NCBI GenBank assembly: GCA_964388715.1
Contig: CAYMBN010000001.1
Location: 76,962-140,961 of the forward strand
Direction: 5' to 3'
Source: an uncultured Methanosarcinales archaeon
GTDB lineage: Archaea > Nanobdellota > Nanobdellia > Woesearchaeales > CAYMBN01
Length of the DNA stretch: 64,000 nt
The position numbers were made by a program, and so were the translations under genes. The notes under the pieces were generated by a model. The model saw nothing but the letters and a program-made list of their open reading frames with translations. It had not been told where the DNA came from and did not search any database. Of this stretch, positions 38,451-48,283 are shown piece after piece. Position 1 is the stretch's first letter; every line of letters starts with the position of its first letter.

Positions 38451-39911
38451 TTAAAGTGCGTGCGACTGATTATTTCTTATTGAAACTGGTTCTGGTGGAA
38501 GAAGTAGATTATTCTTAAACTCTCTTCCCTCTCTGTAAAGAGTTAGGTTAACTACTCTGTTAACATAATATTTCAAACTTGAAGCAGGTTTTTTTCTAAT
38601 ATGAAAAAAGTCTTCAATAAAAGCAGGCATTATAGTTATATAAGGAAAAATATGTACTGGTTCAATTGTATAACCTTCGTTTTGAATCTGTTTTAACATA
38701 CCAGCTAGGTAAAGCATTGCTTTTGGTAGATGTTTCCTTGTTCTCTTAGCAAGCTTTGAATACATCTCTACATGTTTTGGAAAGTTTTTCATACAATCCA
38801 ATATGCTCTCTGTACTATGCTTACCAAAAACATCAATAAATTCAATTGCAGCAGGAATATAATCTTTATTCTTAAGCATTTTTCTAAAAAAATCCATAAG
38901 ATTACAATAAGCAGAATAAGCTATGTCAGCATCTGATGTCTGTGATATATATCTACTTAAATGTATCATTGAGTCTCTTAAAGCTGCAAGTATTCTAGTA
39001 AATGGTTCTTGAAGTTTTTCTTCTATAATATAACGTAGAATATGATCCTTTTCATGAATAAAATCATGAGTAAAAGCCAGATGTTTAACAAGCTTAACTG
39101 CAAAAGTATAGTAACTATGAAGTTCTTTTGGTGAAAAGCTTCCTTCATGGACACAAAAAGAACAAAACCTCTTACGATAATGATTAGCTATTGCTTTTTT
39201 TTGTGTATTCCACTTATCTTCACCGTCAAGTAACCTGTCAATGTTATATGTTTGCCTTAACTTTTCATCAACATATTTTCTAACTTTGTCAGATTTATTC
39301 TGTGGGATGTGCTGATTACCTTCTGGCATTATAAAATTAATCATATCTGGCCATTTAAGCACTTTTAAAATATCCATTGCCTCGTCAACCCTCTGTTTCC
39401 AGTTAGTTTCTCCATCATAACCTCTTGGTGTAAAAAAAGTGGCTTCTTTACAACAGAAAGCATCAAGATTGATAGTTATTACAAATCTTTTATCAAAACC
39501 ATATTTTACCTTACTAGGTTCTATGACTTTACCTTCACCCTCAGTTACATTTATTTTTTTTCTTCCCCAGATAGTGTCCCAAGAAATATTGCCATCTTCC
39601 TCTTCAGTACTTAGGTTTTCACCATAATCCATTTCTCCTAAATAACAGTTTGACCCAAAGGATTTTAATCTTTTAGTTTTAGAGTGAGGATTTAACCAAT
39701 ATATAACACCAATTTTACCTTCATGAAAAGGTGAACATAAAAAGTTTGTAATATCAACACTTTCACCAGAAACATATTCTCCCATACTATGATGTCTACC
39801 AATATTAAGCAAAGTAGCTCTTTCAAGGTTCTCCCAAGACTTAATTACATCATCAATAGTTTTATTTACAGAAACAAAGATATTGTCGATAAAAAAATCT
39901 TCAGATTGCAT
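38451..39911 (-). CDS. Hypothetical protein; N-half resembles a degenerate arginase/UPF0489-type fold
   Basis: LLNIGRHH, ITNFL, VITINLDAF. Confidence 0.5.
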   Translation of the reverse strand: MQSEDFFIDNIFVSVNKTIDDVIKSWENLERATLLNIGRHHSMGEYVSGESVDITNFLCSPFHEGKIGVIYWLNPHSKTKRLKSFGSNCYLGEMDYGENLSTEEEDGNISWDTIWGRKKINVTEGEGKVIEPSKVKYGFDKRFVITINLDAFCCKEATFFTPRGYDGETNWKQRVDEAMDILKVLKWPDMINFIMPEGNQHIPQNKSDKVRKYVDEKLRQTYNIDRLLDGEDKWNTQKKAIANHYRKRFCSFCVHEGSFSPKELHSYYTFAVKLVKHLAFTHDFIHEKDHILRYIIEEKLQEPFTRILAALRDSMIHLSRYISQTSDADIAYSAYCNLMDFFRKMLKNKDYIPAAIEFIDVFGKHSTESILDCMKNFPKHVEMYSKLAKRTRKHLPKAMLYLAGMLKQIQNEGYTIEPVHIFPYITIMPAFIEDFFHIRKKPASSLKYYVNRVVNLTLYREGREFKNNLLLPPEPVSIRNNQSHAL

Positions 39912-39915
39912 TTTC

Positions 39916-40383
39916 TTAAGAATTTAGTTTGATGTAAACATGGAATTTATCATAATAATTACTTGCAGATTTTTCACTTTCCACAGACAAATTACTTTTT
40001 GAATCTTGTGCTAAATCTTCAACTTTTTTACATAATATTTGAAACCTATCAAAATCTTCTTTTGCATGCCACCCATCCATATCTTCTTTAGAAACCGGAG
40101 AAGTATAAGGATAAAACATGTATAAATTAAGACCAATCATCTGTATACCATCTTGTTTTTTCCATTTAATAGTATCTTTTAGGGGAGGTGAATCAAATGT
40201 TTTTTTGTTATTTTTATAATATTCTTCTACATCTGGATTTTCAGTTAAACAAGCGTATGTTCTTTCATAATTATCTTTTAGAACTCCCAAAGCTCTTGTT
40301 ACTCCATTAACATCTACGTTTCTTAAAGCACTTTCAAGTCCATTTTGAATTGTATTTACTTGTTTTGATTTCATCTTACTCAA
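39916..40383 (-). CDS. Hypothetical protein
   Basis: 155-aa ORF in an apparent 3-gene operon. Confidence 0.6.
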   Translation of the reverse strand: MSKMKSKQVNTIQNGLESALRNVDVNGVTRALGVLKDNYERTYACLTENPDVEEYYKNNKKTFDSPPLKDTIKWKKQDGIQMIGLNLYMFYPYTSPVSKEDMDGWHAKEDFDRFQILCKKVEDLAQDSKSNLSVESEKSASNYYDKFHVYIKLNS

Positions 40384-40579
40384 TTATCCACTTGACTCCT
40401 GTTTCTTGGTTAGTGTTTCGGAAAACGTCCCATTGCTGCCTAGAAATACCAGTATGCCTTTTAAAATCATTGTAGGAGAATTCTTTTTCTCTGTTAATCA
40501 TAAATTGTAAGAATTCTTTAAATTGTGCTCTTTCAAGCTTATCCATTCTTAAATCATCAATATTGAATCTTTCTACCAT
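40376..40579 (-). CDS. Small hypothetical protein, possibly HTH-like
   Basis: SYNDFKRHTGISRQQW; upstream GGTGA RBS and TATA. Confidence 0.55.
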   Translation of the reverse strand: MVERFNIDDLRMDKLERAQFKEFLQFMINREKEFSYNDFKRHTGISRQQWDVFRNTNQETGVKWIIE

Positions 40580-40687
40580 TATAAATCACCTTAATAATAT
40601 CTAAGAACACCTTCTTTACTAAAATATAGACATCACTCCTTTATAAATCTTTCGGTTTTGTACTACTTCAGAGTGAAGAATTGTATT

Positions 40688-43024
40688 TTACAATAGTGCA
40701 CCTGTTCTCATAAGGACAGCATCATAGTTGCAGCTTAATTTGTCTAAGAAGTTTAGTTTTTTGTAACTGAAAAGTTTTTCTTTTAAGAATTCTTTAATAC
40801 GTTTGTGTTGAATATACTGGTCTGTTTCATCAGAGTCTGCAACCATTCCAAATGTGAAACCAACAAGTCCAGCTATTGAACCTAATGCAAAAGTTAGTGG
40901 GCGTAGAGGTACTTCTGGTAATCCTACTTTGTGACGTGCATAATCTAACAGTGCCATTCCACCTGCATATGAAAGTAATCTACCAATTGTGTACTTGAAA
41001 GTTAATCCATCAAGTTTCTTTAAAAACATTTTTTTTGTGAATTCTTCATTAGTGCCAGAAGTATTTTTAATATACCATTTGCCATGATCATAGATTATTG
41101 CCTTTTTTTCCTCAGGGTTGAACCAGATATCAAAGTTAATTGCGTACTCAAGTTTTTTCTTCCGTAAAGGTATTCTATTTGTTTTTACTTTGTCAATAGC
41201 TTGTTCTGGATCTGTATCAAAACCAACATTGAATAAAACATGATTAAGAAATGCTTGTTTTATTTTTTCTATTTCTACTTTTGCCAAACTTTCAATACTC
41301 AATTCTCTAAATCTGTTATAATTACCTTTTAGTGTTTTATGTGAACTTTTATTATCAACACAACCATCAACTTGTTGAGTTATAGCTTCATTAAAATCAT
41401 TAATTTTTAGGTATGCTTCAACAACTTTGTCAATATCTTCCCAATTTTCAACAAGTGTTTTTGCATGTTCTGGTTTTAGATTAATAGGATGTTCTCTGAT
41501 ATAGTTTTTTACAAAGTCTAATTTTAACCATTCGACAAAGTCATCGGCAGGTAAAAGAACTTTATCACGACCTTTGTCACCAAAAGCAATGTGAATAGCT
41601 GCATCAGCAACATTAAGAAACTCATCTATAAGCATTCTTCTGCAATAAGGGAATTTATTGATTTTTTCAAAACCTGCTAAAATTAAAGGATTAACATATT
41701 CTTCATTGTCAATTTCTTTTTCAAGTTTTTTTCTGCCTTGCTCTTCTTCAACAAAGAATTTAGCGCGTGTATCTATTTTGTTCTTTATTGATTTTTGTAT
41801 TGTTTTGTGAGCATCACCAAAATTAGCATGAAAATTATATACAAGGTTTGCACCAAATGTTGAAATTCCCATTATTGTGGCAATAAAGGCTGATAAAAAG
41901 AGTGGTTCTGATGTATCAGGAGATAATGTTTGTGCAAGAAAAGTTATGATTCCAGAGGAAAGAGCACCATAAAAACCATATCCTGCACTTCTAATTAAAT
42001 CATTATCACAAACTGCCTTTGAGAATGAATCAAAAATAATTTCATCTCTAAAGTTTTGATAATTTATTAAACTACTTAACTTATGAATACTCCAATCATT
42101 TCCTCTTTTTATAACAACTTCTTGCTTTTCTTCATGGTACCAAATATTAATACTGTTAATCTCTTCATTAATCTTATTAAGATTATATTTGATCTTTTCT
42201 TTTGTTAAAGTATCTGGGTCAATTCTGATGTTTTCAAGTGCTATTTTAATGTTATCAGGGTTAATAACTTCATCCACTATCTTTTCAAGGTATATTGCAA
42301 AAAAATTTTTGAATTCTTGATTTCTTAATGGAATAAAATATTCTCTTGTTAGTTCCATCAGTTCTTTGTATGATTCTTCTCCAACTAACTTTTCAAAGTT
42401 TAGATCATCTCCTTTTTTAATAAGTTCATAGGCTTTTAATAGGTAAGCTGGTTCTTGATCACCATATGATTCTCTAACTTGTTCAGGAGTAGTATTTGTA
42501 TCAAAGATTCTGATATAATCACTACCAAGTGTGCTACTTAATAGTCTATCTAAATTTAATAATTCAAATTCTTTCATGTATCCAAGTAATCTTACTGTAT
42601 CATTAGACTCAAACACTTTTTTTCTTTCTTGGGTGCTTAATGTCCAATAAAGATCTTTTACAGAAAGATCACCACATCGATAATCCAATGTTGGACCAGT
42701 AAGAGATATAATGTTTTTTGAAACAGGTATCATCCTTGGAGCTGTTATCTTAAAAGCAGATTCAGGATTTCTGCGATTGTATTCCCCACCAGCTTTACGT
42801 TTTATTTTTTTAATGAATTCTTTATCAACTTCAGTTAATTCATCTGGCAGTTTGTCTTTTACTGGTTCTAATGCAGAAGTAGAGATTTCATTGCCCAACA
42901 TGGTTTGTTTAAGAAATTCAATAATAGGATCTTTTTCAAAACCTACTTTTTGGAGTAAGTAGTCATATTCCCCAATATCAAATTTCTTACTTCCATCAAG
43001 TGTTAAATCAAATGGAGATCTCAT
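40688..43024 (-). CDS. Large hypothetical membrane protein with internal duplication
   Basis: Two modules (NIWYHEEKQEVVI..W / DIWFNPEEKKAII..W), each followed by a TM hairpin. Confidence 0.7.
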   Translation of the reverse strand: MRSPFDLTLDGSKKFDIGEYDYLLQKVGFEKDPIIEFLKQTMLGNEISTSALEPVKDKLPDELTEVDKEFIKKIKRKAGGEYNRRNPESAFKITAPRMIPVSKNIISLTGPTLDYRCGDLSVKDLYWTLSTQERKKVFESNDTVRLLGYMKEFELLNLDRLLSSTLGSDYIRIFDTNTTPEQVRESYGDQEPAYLLKAYELIKKGDDLNFEKLVGEESYKELMELTREYFIPLRNQEFKNFFAIYLEKIVDEVINPDNIKIALENIRIDPDTLTKEKIKYNLNKINEEINSINIWYHEEKQEVVIKRGNDWSIHKLSSLINYQNFRDEIIFDSFSKAVCDNDLIRSAGYGFYGALSSGIITFLAQTLSPDTSEPLFLSAFIATIMGISTFGANLVYNFHANFGDAHKTIQKSIKNKIDTRAKFFVEEEQGRKKLEKEIDNEEYVNPLILAGFEKINKFPYCRRMLIDEFLNVADAAIHIAFGDKGRDKVLLPADDFVEWLKLDFVKNYIREHPINLKPEHAKTLVENWEDIDKVVEAYLKINDFNEAITQQVDGCVDNKSSHKTLKGNYNRFRELSIESLAKVEIEKIKQAFLNHVLFNVGFDTDPEQAIDKVKTNRIPLRKKKLEYAINFDIWFNPEEKKAIIYDHGKWYIKNTSGTNEEFTKKMFLKKLDGLTFKYTIGRLLSYAGGMALLDYARHKVGLPEVPLRPLTFALGSIAGLVGFTFGMVADSDETDQYIQHKRIKEFLKEKLFSYKKLNFLDKLSCNYDAVLMRTGALL

Positions 43025-43073
43025 AAAAAGCGTGAATAGAGTGTGATTTTTAAATATTATTATGCTTCAGTAT

Positions 43074-43643
43074 TCACTTTCTCTTTTTAGAGCCTTTCTT
43101 GATTTTAGGGAGCTTGGCTTGCTTACTTGGTTTCTTATCTCTGCCCCTCATAAGATATTTCTCATGTTCTTTGCCTAAATCAAGGAACATGTCTGCTTCT
43201 TTCTTTAACAGAGAAGAAGTTGTTTTTCCAAATGCAATTACTTCAACACGATTTCCATGTGATTGAAGGTAATTAACAAGATCTTTAAAATCACCGTCTC
43301 CTGAAACTAAGACAACTGTGTCAACCTTTGGACTTAAACGTACTGCGTCCATTGCAATGCCAATGTCCCAGTCACCTTTTTTAGCGCCGCCAAAAAAGAT
43401 TTGTAGTTCTTTTGACTTAATCTCAATGCCCATGTTGACTAAAGCATCATGAAACGTGCCTTCATCTTTAACATCTGCTTTAATTACATACGCAATTGCT
43501 CTAACTAATTTTCTGCTTGCAACTGCATCTTTAAGTATTGAATTAAAATTAACTTTTCTGTGATATAATTGTTTTGCACTATAATACATATTTTGTACGT
43601 CAAAAAGTACAAGAACTCTTTGTTCTTTATGTTGTATATTCAT
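43074..43643 (-). CDS. NYN domain protein (LabA/DUF88, PIN-like)
   Basis: FDVQNMY, KGDWDIGIAMD, LVSGDGDF, EADMFLDL. Confidence 0.93.
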   Translation of the reverse strand: MNIQHKEQRVLVLFDVQNMYYSAKQLYHRKVNFNSILKDAVASRKLVRAIAYVIKADVKDEGTFHDALVNMGIEIKSKELQIFFGGAKKGDWDIGIAMDAVRLSPKVDTVVLVSGDGDFKDLVNYLQSHGNRVEVIAFGKTTSSLLKKEADMFLDLGKEHEKYLMRGRDKKPSKQAKLPKIKKGSKKRK

Positions 43644-43648
43644 TTTGT

Positions 43649-43855
43649 TTACCTCTTAATACTGTTTAATTCTTTTATTACTAATATCATAAATAATAAT
43701 GAGAAAGCCATTATTATAAAGTTTTCTACACAGTATGGAATTCCAATGTATAGAAATGGTCTTTTATTGATATAACCAATTAATCCTATGAAGAAAGCTA
43801 TTGCAAACATTAATAATAATGAAAGCAGATAGTAAACTGGTTTTTTATAATCCAT
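43649..43855 (-). CDS. Small 2-TM membrane protein
   Basis: 68 aa, two hydrophobic segments, operonic. Confidence 0.6.
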   Translation of the reverse strand: MDYKKPVYYLLSLLLMFAIAFFIGLIGYINKRPFLYIGIPYCVENFIIMAFSLLFMILVIKELNSIKR

Positions 43856-44249
43856 TCTTAATCATCTCCACAAACTCTTTTGTTCCTATAATACATTCAT
43901 CATATTTAATGTTATCGATGTCAAACCAGTGTGCTTGACCATTGTTCTGGCCTCCTACTAAGTCTGCTTCATAACACATTAAGATAACATGTCTTTGTTT
44001 ATCAGGATGTTGCCAAACATTATTCCAAACATGTGGTAATAAACGTTTTACTTTAACAATATAACCTGTCTCTTCTAACACTTCACGTTCAGCAGCTTTC
44101 TCTGGGTCTTCACCAAAATCAATTTTGCCACCTGGAAATTCCCATTTATCATGCGCGTTTTCAATTTCAGGCATATCTCTCTTTACAAAAAGAACTTTAT
44201 TATCTTTTTTTACTAAAGTCATTACGATTGGGAGTTGTTCTCTGTTCAT
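43845..44249 (-). CDS. NUDIX hydrolase (MutT-like)
   Basis: WEFPGGKIDFGEDPEKAAEREVLEETG Nudix box. Confidence 0.93.
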   Translation of the reverse strand: MNREQLPIVMTLVKKDNKVLFVKRDMPEIENAHDKWEFPGGKIDFGEDPEKAAEREVLEETGYIVKVKRLLPHVWNNVWQHPDKQRHVILMCYEADLVGGQNNGQAHWFDIDNIKYDECIIGTKEFVEMIKNGL

Positions 44250-44392
44250 TTCATTACACCTTGTTCAAATCCGCACTTTTTACAGATTAGTTTGTTGTTT
44301 TCGAAGACTAATGAAAGGGAATTGCATTTAGGACATTGTTTAACTTGTTTTATATCTAGTTTCTTTTTTAATTCTTCAAGTGGATTTTTCAT
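44246..44392 (-). CDS. Small zinc-ribbon protein, 48 aa, absent from the ORF track
   Basis: Hand translation MKNPLEELKKKLDIKQVKQCPKCNSLSLVFENNKLICKKCGFEQGVMK; ATGA overlaps with both neighbours. Confidence 0.85.
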   Translation of the reverse strand: MKNPLEELKKKLDIKQVKQCPKCNSLSLVFENNKLICKKCGFEQGVMK

Positions 44393-45288
44393 TTTTTACA
44401 GAAAACATAAACACTGTTTGCAGCAATTGCTCCTTCTGCGCCTGCTGCGAGAACTTGTCTGAAATAATTACTGCCTGTTGTGATGTCACCTGCAGCGTAA
44501 ACTCCTTTTACATTTGTTTCTTGCTTTGCGTTTACAATTATGTAACCTTTGTCATCTGTTTTTATTTTAAGATCTTGTGTTAATGCTTTTGTTGGGACAG
44601 AACCTATTTCAATAAATAAACCATCTAGTTTTAGTTCGTCTTTGTTTTTGTATGGTTTGTCAAGCTTAATCTTTTCAAGGAATTTGGTTCCAGAAACTTC
44701 TTTTACATTTGTGTTGTTTATGATTGTGATCTTTTTGTTTTTGTTGATTAGATCAACCCAGTAAGGTTCTGCACGGATCTTTTCTTTTCTATAGATAATG
44801 TAAACTTTTTTTGCATATTCACTTGCTAAAAGAGCTGCCATTGCAGCTGCGTCATTGCCTCCGATAACTCCAACTGTTTTATCTTTGAAAAATGGTGCAT
44901 CGCATGTTGCGCAATAACTTACACCTTTACCAATAAATTTTTCTTCACCTTTAACATTAAGTTTTCTTCTTTTCAAGCCAATGCCAAGCAAAATTGTTTT
45001 TCCTTGGTAAGTTCCTTTGTCTGTGTAAACTTTAAAACCTTTTTCAATGTTTTCAACTTCTTCTTCTTTGATCTCAACATTAAAATATTTAACATGCTCT
45101 CTGAATTTTTTCATCAAGTCCATGCCACTGATCTTTGTGTAACCAGGATAGTTTTCTACAATATGTGCATCAACAATCATACCACCGATTTCTTTAGAAA
45201 TAACAAGAGTCTTAAGTTTATACCGCGCAGCATAAATTGCTGCTGACAAACCAGCAGGCCCTCCTCCAATAATGATTAGATCGTACAT
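44389..45288 (-). CDS. trxB: Thioredoxin reductase
   Basis: IIGGGPAGLSAA, VENYPG, GVSYCATCD, VYAAGD. Confidence 0.94.
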   Translation of the reverse strand: MYDLIIIGGGPAGLSAAIYAARYKLKTLVISKEIGGMIVDAHIVENYPGYTKISGMDLMKKFREHVKYFNVEIKEEEVENIEKGFKVYTDKGTYQGKTILLGIGLKRRKLNVKGEEKFIGKGVSYCATCDAPFFKDKTVGVIGGNDAAAMAALLASEYAKKVYIIYRKEKIRAEPYWVDLINKNKKITIINNTNVKEVSGTKFLEKIKLDKPYKNKDELKLDGLFIEIGSVPTKALTQDLKIKTDDKGYIIVNAKQETNVKGVYAAGDITTGSNYFRQVLAAGAEGAIAANSVYVFCKK

Positions 45289-45323
45289 AATGTTTAGTAG
45301 AAAGTTAGTGTTTTTAAATGTAT

Positions 45324-45854
45324 CTATGAGTTGTTGTTATTATTCACACGGCTTACCATAAGATGTTTAATTGCTAATTTTTCGATTAAATCATTTACAG
45401 TCTCAGTATCTTTATTTTTTCTTTTTTTGCTAGAATTACTCTTTTTCTTAAGTTTTCTTTTGTCAGGGGTAGAAAAATTTGCCCTATAAAAACGCATTAA
45501 AGCAGACAAAATATAATCCTTTCTTTCTTGATCTATTTTTTTATCTGTTTCAATAATGAATTCTCCTATATAATCTCCTTTTCCAGTAAAATGATTTAGA
45601 ATAACTGTTAATCCATCTTCAATTTCTAATGAATAAGTTCTAAGTGGAACTTTACCTTTGTATTGACTTGTGATGCGAAAGTTTTCTTCACTTGCCATAT
45701 TATCTTTGATATTTGTAACAGAAATATTGTTTGCTTTAAGAACTTCAGTTAAAACATCAAGGTACTTAGGATGAAGAATTCTCCAATAATCTATTCCTTC
45801 TCCATTTTGTTGTATTATTGTTGCGCTGTTTTCACTTAAACTATGTTTATACAT
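45324..45854 (-). CDS. Hypothetical protein
   Basis: 176-aa ORF, basic C-terminus. Confidence 0.55.
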   Translation of the reverse strand: MYKHSLSENSATIIQQNGEGIDYWRILHPKYLDVLTEVLKANNISVTNIKDNMASEENFRITSQYKGKVPLRTYSLEIEDGLTVILNHFTGKGDYIGEFIIETDKKIDQERKDYILSALMRFYRANFSTPDKRKLKKKSNSSKKRKNKDTETVNDLIEKLAIKHLMVSRVNNNNNS

Positions 45855-45940
45855 AACAAAACAGTAAAAATCAGTTATTTATATTTTTTTAGGTGATTTA
45901 TACTAAATATTTAAAAAACAAAGCGGATTTCTGGATTGTA

Positions 45941-46990
45941 ATGAGGGAATTTAAGAGAATAGCTATCATAAATAAGGATAATGGATTAGGAGATTTTGTA
46001 ATGTCTATGCCTACTTTGAAATCTATTAAACAAGGAATTCCTGATTCAGAGATAATATTTATTGCTTCCAAGAATTTCAAGGATATTAAATCATTGTTTT
46101 GGGATGGACCTGTTGATTATTTTATTGAGAACGATATTACTGGGTATATTGGAGCTCTTAAATTAATGTGGAATTTAAGAAAACATAAAGTGGATCTTTT
46201 AATAAACATGCCTGGTTGTAAAAGAGGTGTGATTGTAAAACCATTTACACCTACATTAGTACCACATCCTGATTATTGTAAGGCTAATTTAGCTGCTCGG
46301 TTGAGTGAATATCATCTTAAAGAACAAAAAAAATATTATGTTGATCAACATTTACAATATGCAGAATGGTTAGGTGTTAAACCTATAGTTAATTTTGATT
46401 TTAATATTCATCCTGAAGCAATTCAGGAAGCAGAAAGGATAATCAAAAAAAATGAATTAGAAGGAAAAGTTATTGCATTACTTCTTGAAACAAATCATCC
46501 TTATAAAGATATCCCAAAAGGTTTATTACGAGATATTGCTGATTCACTGGTTTATGATTTTAATGCTAAAGTTTTAGCAGTTGGATATAATAATGGAAAT
46601 GTCCTTCAGGAGAATAAAAACATTGTTTATCTAGGAAAAGATGTAAGTTTACCTGCAAAAAATCAAATATTAAGATATTCAGGTGTTCCTATTTTAACAA
46701 TTGGTGGAGATACTGGACTAGCTCATGTGGTTGGTTCAGTAAATCAAGATGGAAGCAGGGAAGGTAACTATACTCTCATATTATTTGGACCAAGTAACCC
46801 AGAAACATATAGACCTTATGATCCTTCTGGACATTATTGTTTGGCAATAACTCCAAGAGGAGTTAACCATAAGAGATTATTAAAAGATAAATCTGAATTT
46901 GGTATGTTAGAAAAAAGAAATATTATGTATCGTTTTAAAGTAGGACAAGTGTTGGAAGGAATTGAAATGCAGTTAAATAAAATTCAATAA
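45941..46990 (+). CDS. Glycosyltransferase family 9 (heptosyltransferase-like)
   Basis: GLGDFVMSMPTLKSIK..P, IGGDTGLAHV, LILFGPSNP. Confidence 0.85.
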   Translation: MREFKRIAIINKDNGLGDFVMSMPTLKSIKQGIPDSEIIFIASKNFKDIKSLFWDGPVDYFIENDITGYIGALKLMWNLRKHKVDLLINMPGCKRGVIVKPFTPTLVPHPDYCKANLAARLSEYHLKEQKKYYVDQHLQYAEWLGVKPIVNFDFNIHPEAIQEAERIIKKNELEGKVIALLLETNHPYKDIPKGLLRDIADSLVYDFNAKVLAVGYNNGNVLQENKNIVYLGKDVSLPAKNQILRYSGVPILTIGGDTGLAHVVGSVNQDGSREGNYTLILFGPSNPETYRPYDPSGHYCLAITPRGVNHKRLLKDKSEFGMLEKRNIMYRFKVGQVLEGIEMQLNKIQ

Positions 46991-47033
46991 TTTTTCACAA
47001 CATTTAAATAAATAATAACAAACTTATTCTATT

Positions 47034-47753
47034 ATGCAACAACAAATGTCACCTGAGCAGGTTCAGCAGCTTCAGGAGAAGCTTAAGAATATGTCTCCTG
47101 AAGAGTTGAAAGCTTATCAGAAACAGAATTGTATCTTTTGTCAGATTATTGATGGTAAAGTGCAGTCTAAAAAGATATATGAAGATAAGATTGTGATAGG
47201 TATTCTTGATATTAATCCTGCTAATCCTGGTCATGTTTTATTATTACCTAAAGAACATTATGCTATTCTTCCGCAAGTGCCTGAGAATGAAATTTCACAT
47301 ATATTTATGGTTGCAAAAGCTATCTCAAATGTGATGTTAAGGTCACTTAAGTCAGAAGGTACAACTATTTTTGTTGCAAATGGTGTTGCTGCAGGACAAA
47401 AAGCACAACATTTTATGTTACACATTATTCCAAGGAAAGATAAAGATGGTGTTGGATTACAAATACCACAAAAAAGGATTAATGAAAATGATCTTGTGCA
47501 ACTTCAGAAAAAACTTGTTCCTGTTGTGAATAAGGTATGTGGTACTGATATGAAGATTGAAGAATCTCAGCCTAAGCAAGAAGATGTTGTTGAAGCTGAG
47601 TTTAAAGAGGAATCTAAACCTAAGGAAGAAGATGTGAAAAAAGAGGTTGAGGAAGAATTAGGTAAAAAGGAAGAGCCTGAAGAAACAGAACAAACTCCAG
47701 ACGATGATGATGGAGTTGATCTTGATGATATTGCTAAGGTGTTAAATGTATGA
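47034..47753 (+). CDS. HIT-family protein with degenerate triad and acidic tail
   Basis: CIFCQI, LDINPANPGHVLLLPKEH, NG.AAGQ..QHFMLHIIPR. Confidence 0.88.
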   Translation: MQQQMSPEQVQQLQEKLKNMSPEELKAYQKQNCIFCQIIDGKVQSKKIYEDKIVIGILDINPANPGHVLLLPKEHYAILPQVPENEISHIFMVAKAISNVMLRSLKSEGTTIFVANGVAAGQKAQHFMLHIIPRKDKDGVGLQIPQKRINENDLVQLQKKLVPVVNKVCGTDMKIEESQPKQEDVVEAEFKEESKPKEEDVKKEVEEELGKKEEPEETEQTPDDDDGVDLDDIAKVLNV

Positions 47754-48283
47754 AAGAAGGAGAATGTATATTTTGTGAATTTGCAAAAGGCAAGATGCCT
47801 TGTAAAAAGCTTTACGAAGATAAAGATATCTTGGCTGTATTACATCCAACTCCTGCAAATTTAGGACATATTCTTGTTTTTCCAAAAAAACATTATACAA
47901 TTCTTGAGCAAGTACCTGATTTTAAGATTGGTAAACTGTTTGATGTTGCAAGTAAGTTGTCAACAGCAACTTTTGAGTCTCTTAATATAGGTGGAACAAA
48001 TATTATTGTTGAGAATGGTACAGCAGCAGGACAAGTTATACCTCACTTTGTTATACATGTTATCCCTAGAATGGATAATGATGGACTTAATTTAATGTGG
48101 CAGCCTAAACAACTTGACCAGGAAGAATTGTCAACTGTTGAATTAACATTAAAAGAAGGTTGTCAGAACATTGGTGATTTTCAAACAAAAGAAAAAAAGC
48201 CAATTCAAATGGGTAAGAAAAAAACAAAAATTATCAAAGACGAAGATAATTATTTGATTAGGTCGTTAACGAGGATACCTTAA
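47750..48283 (+). CDS. HIT-family protein with degenerate triad
   Basis: CIFCEF, PANLGHILVFPKKH, NG.AAGQ..PHFVIHVIPR. Confidence 0.88.
   Translation: MKEGECIFCEFAKGKMPCKKLYEDKDILAVLHPTPANLGHILVFPKKHYTILEQVPDFKIGKLFDVASKLSTATFESLNIGGTNIIVENGTAAGQVIPHFVIHVIPRMDNDGLNLMWQPKQLDQEELSTVELTLKEGCQNIGDFQTKEKKPIQMGKKKTKIIKDEDNYLIRSLTRIP

Noticed and set aside
37890..43024. Prophage or integrated element in the orphan-rich stretch
   Set aside because: No integrase, terminase, capsid, replication gene or att repeats recognised.
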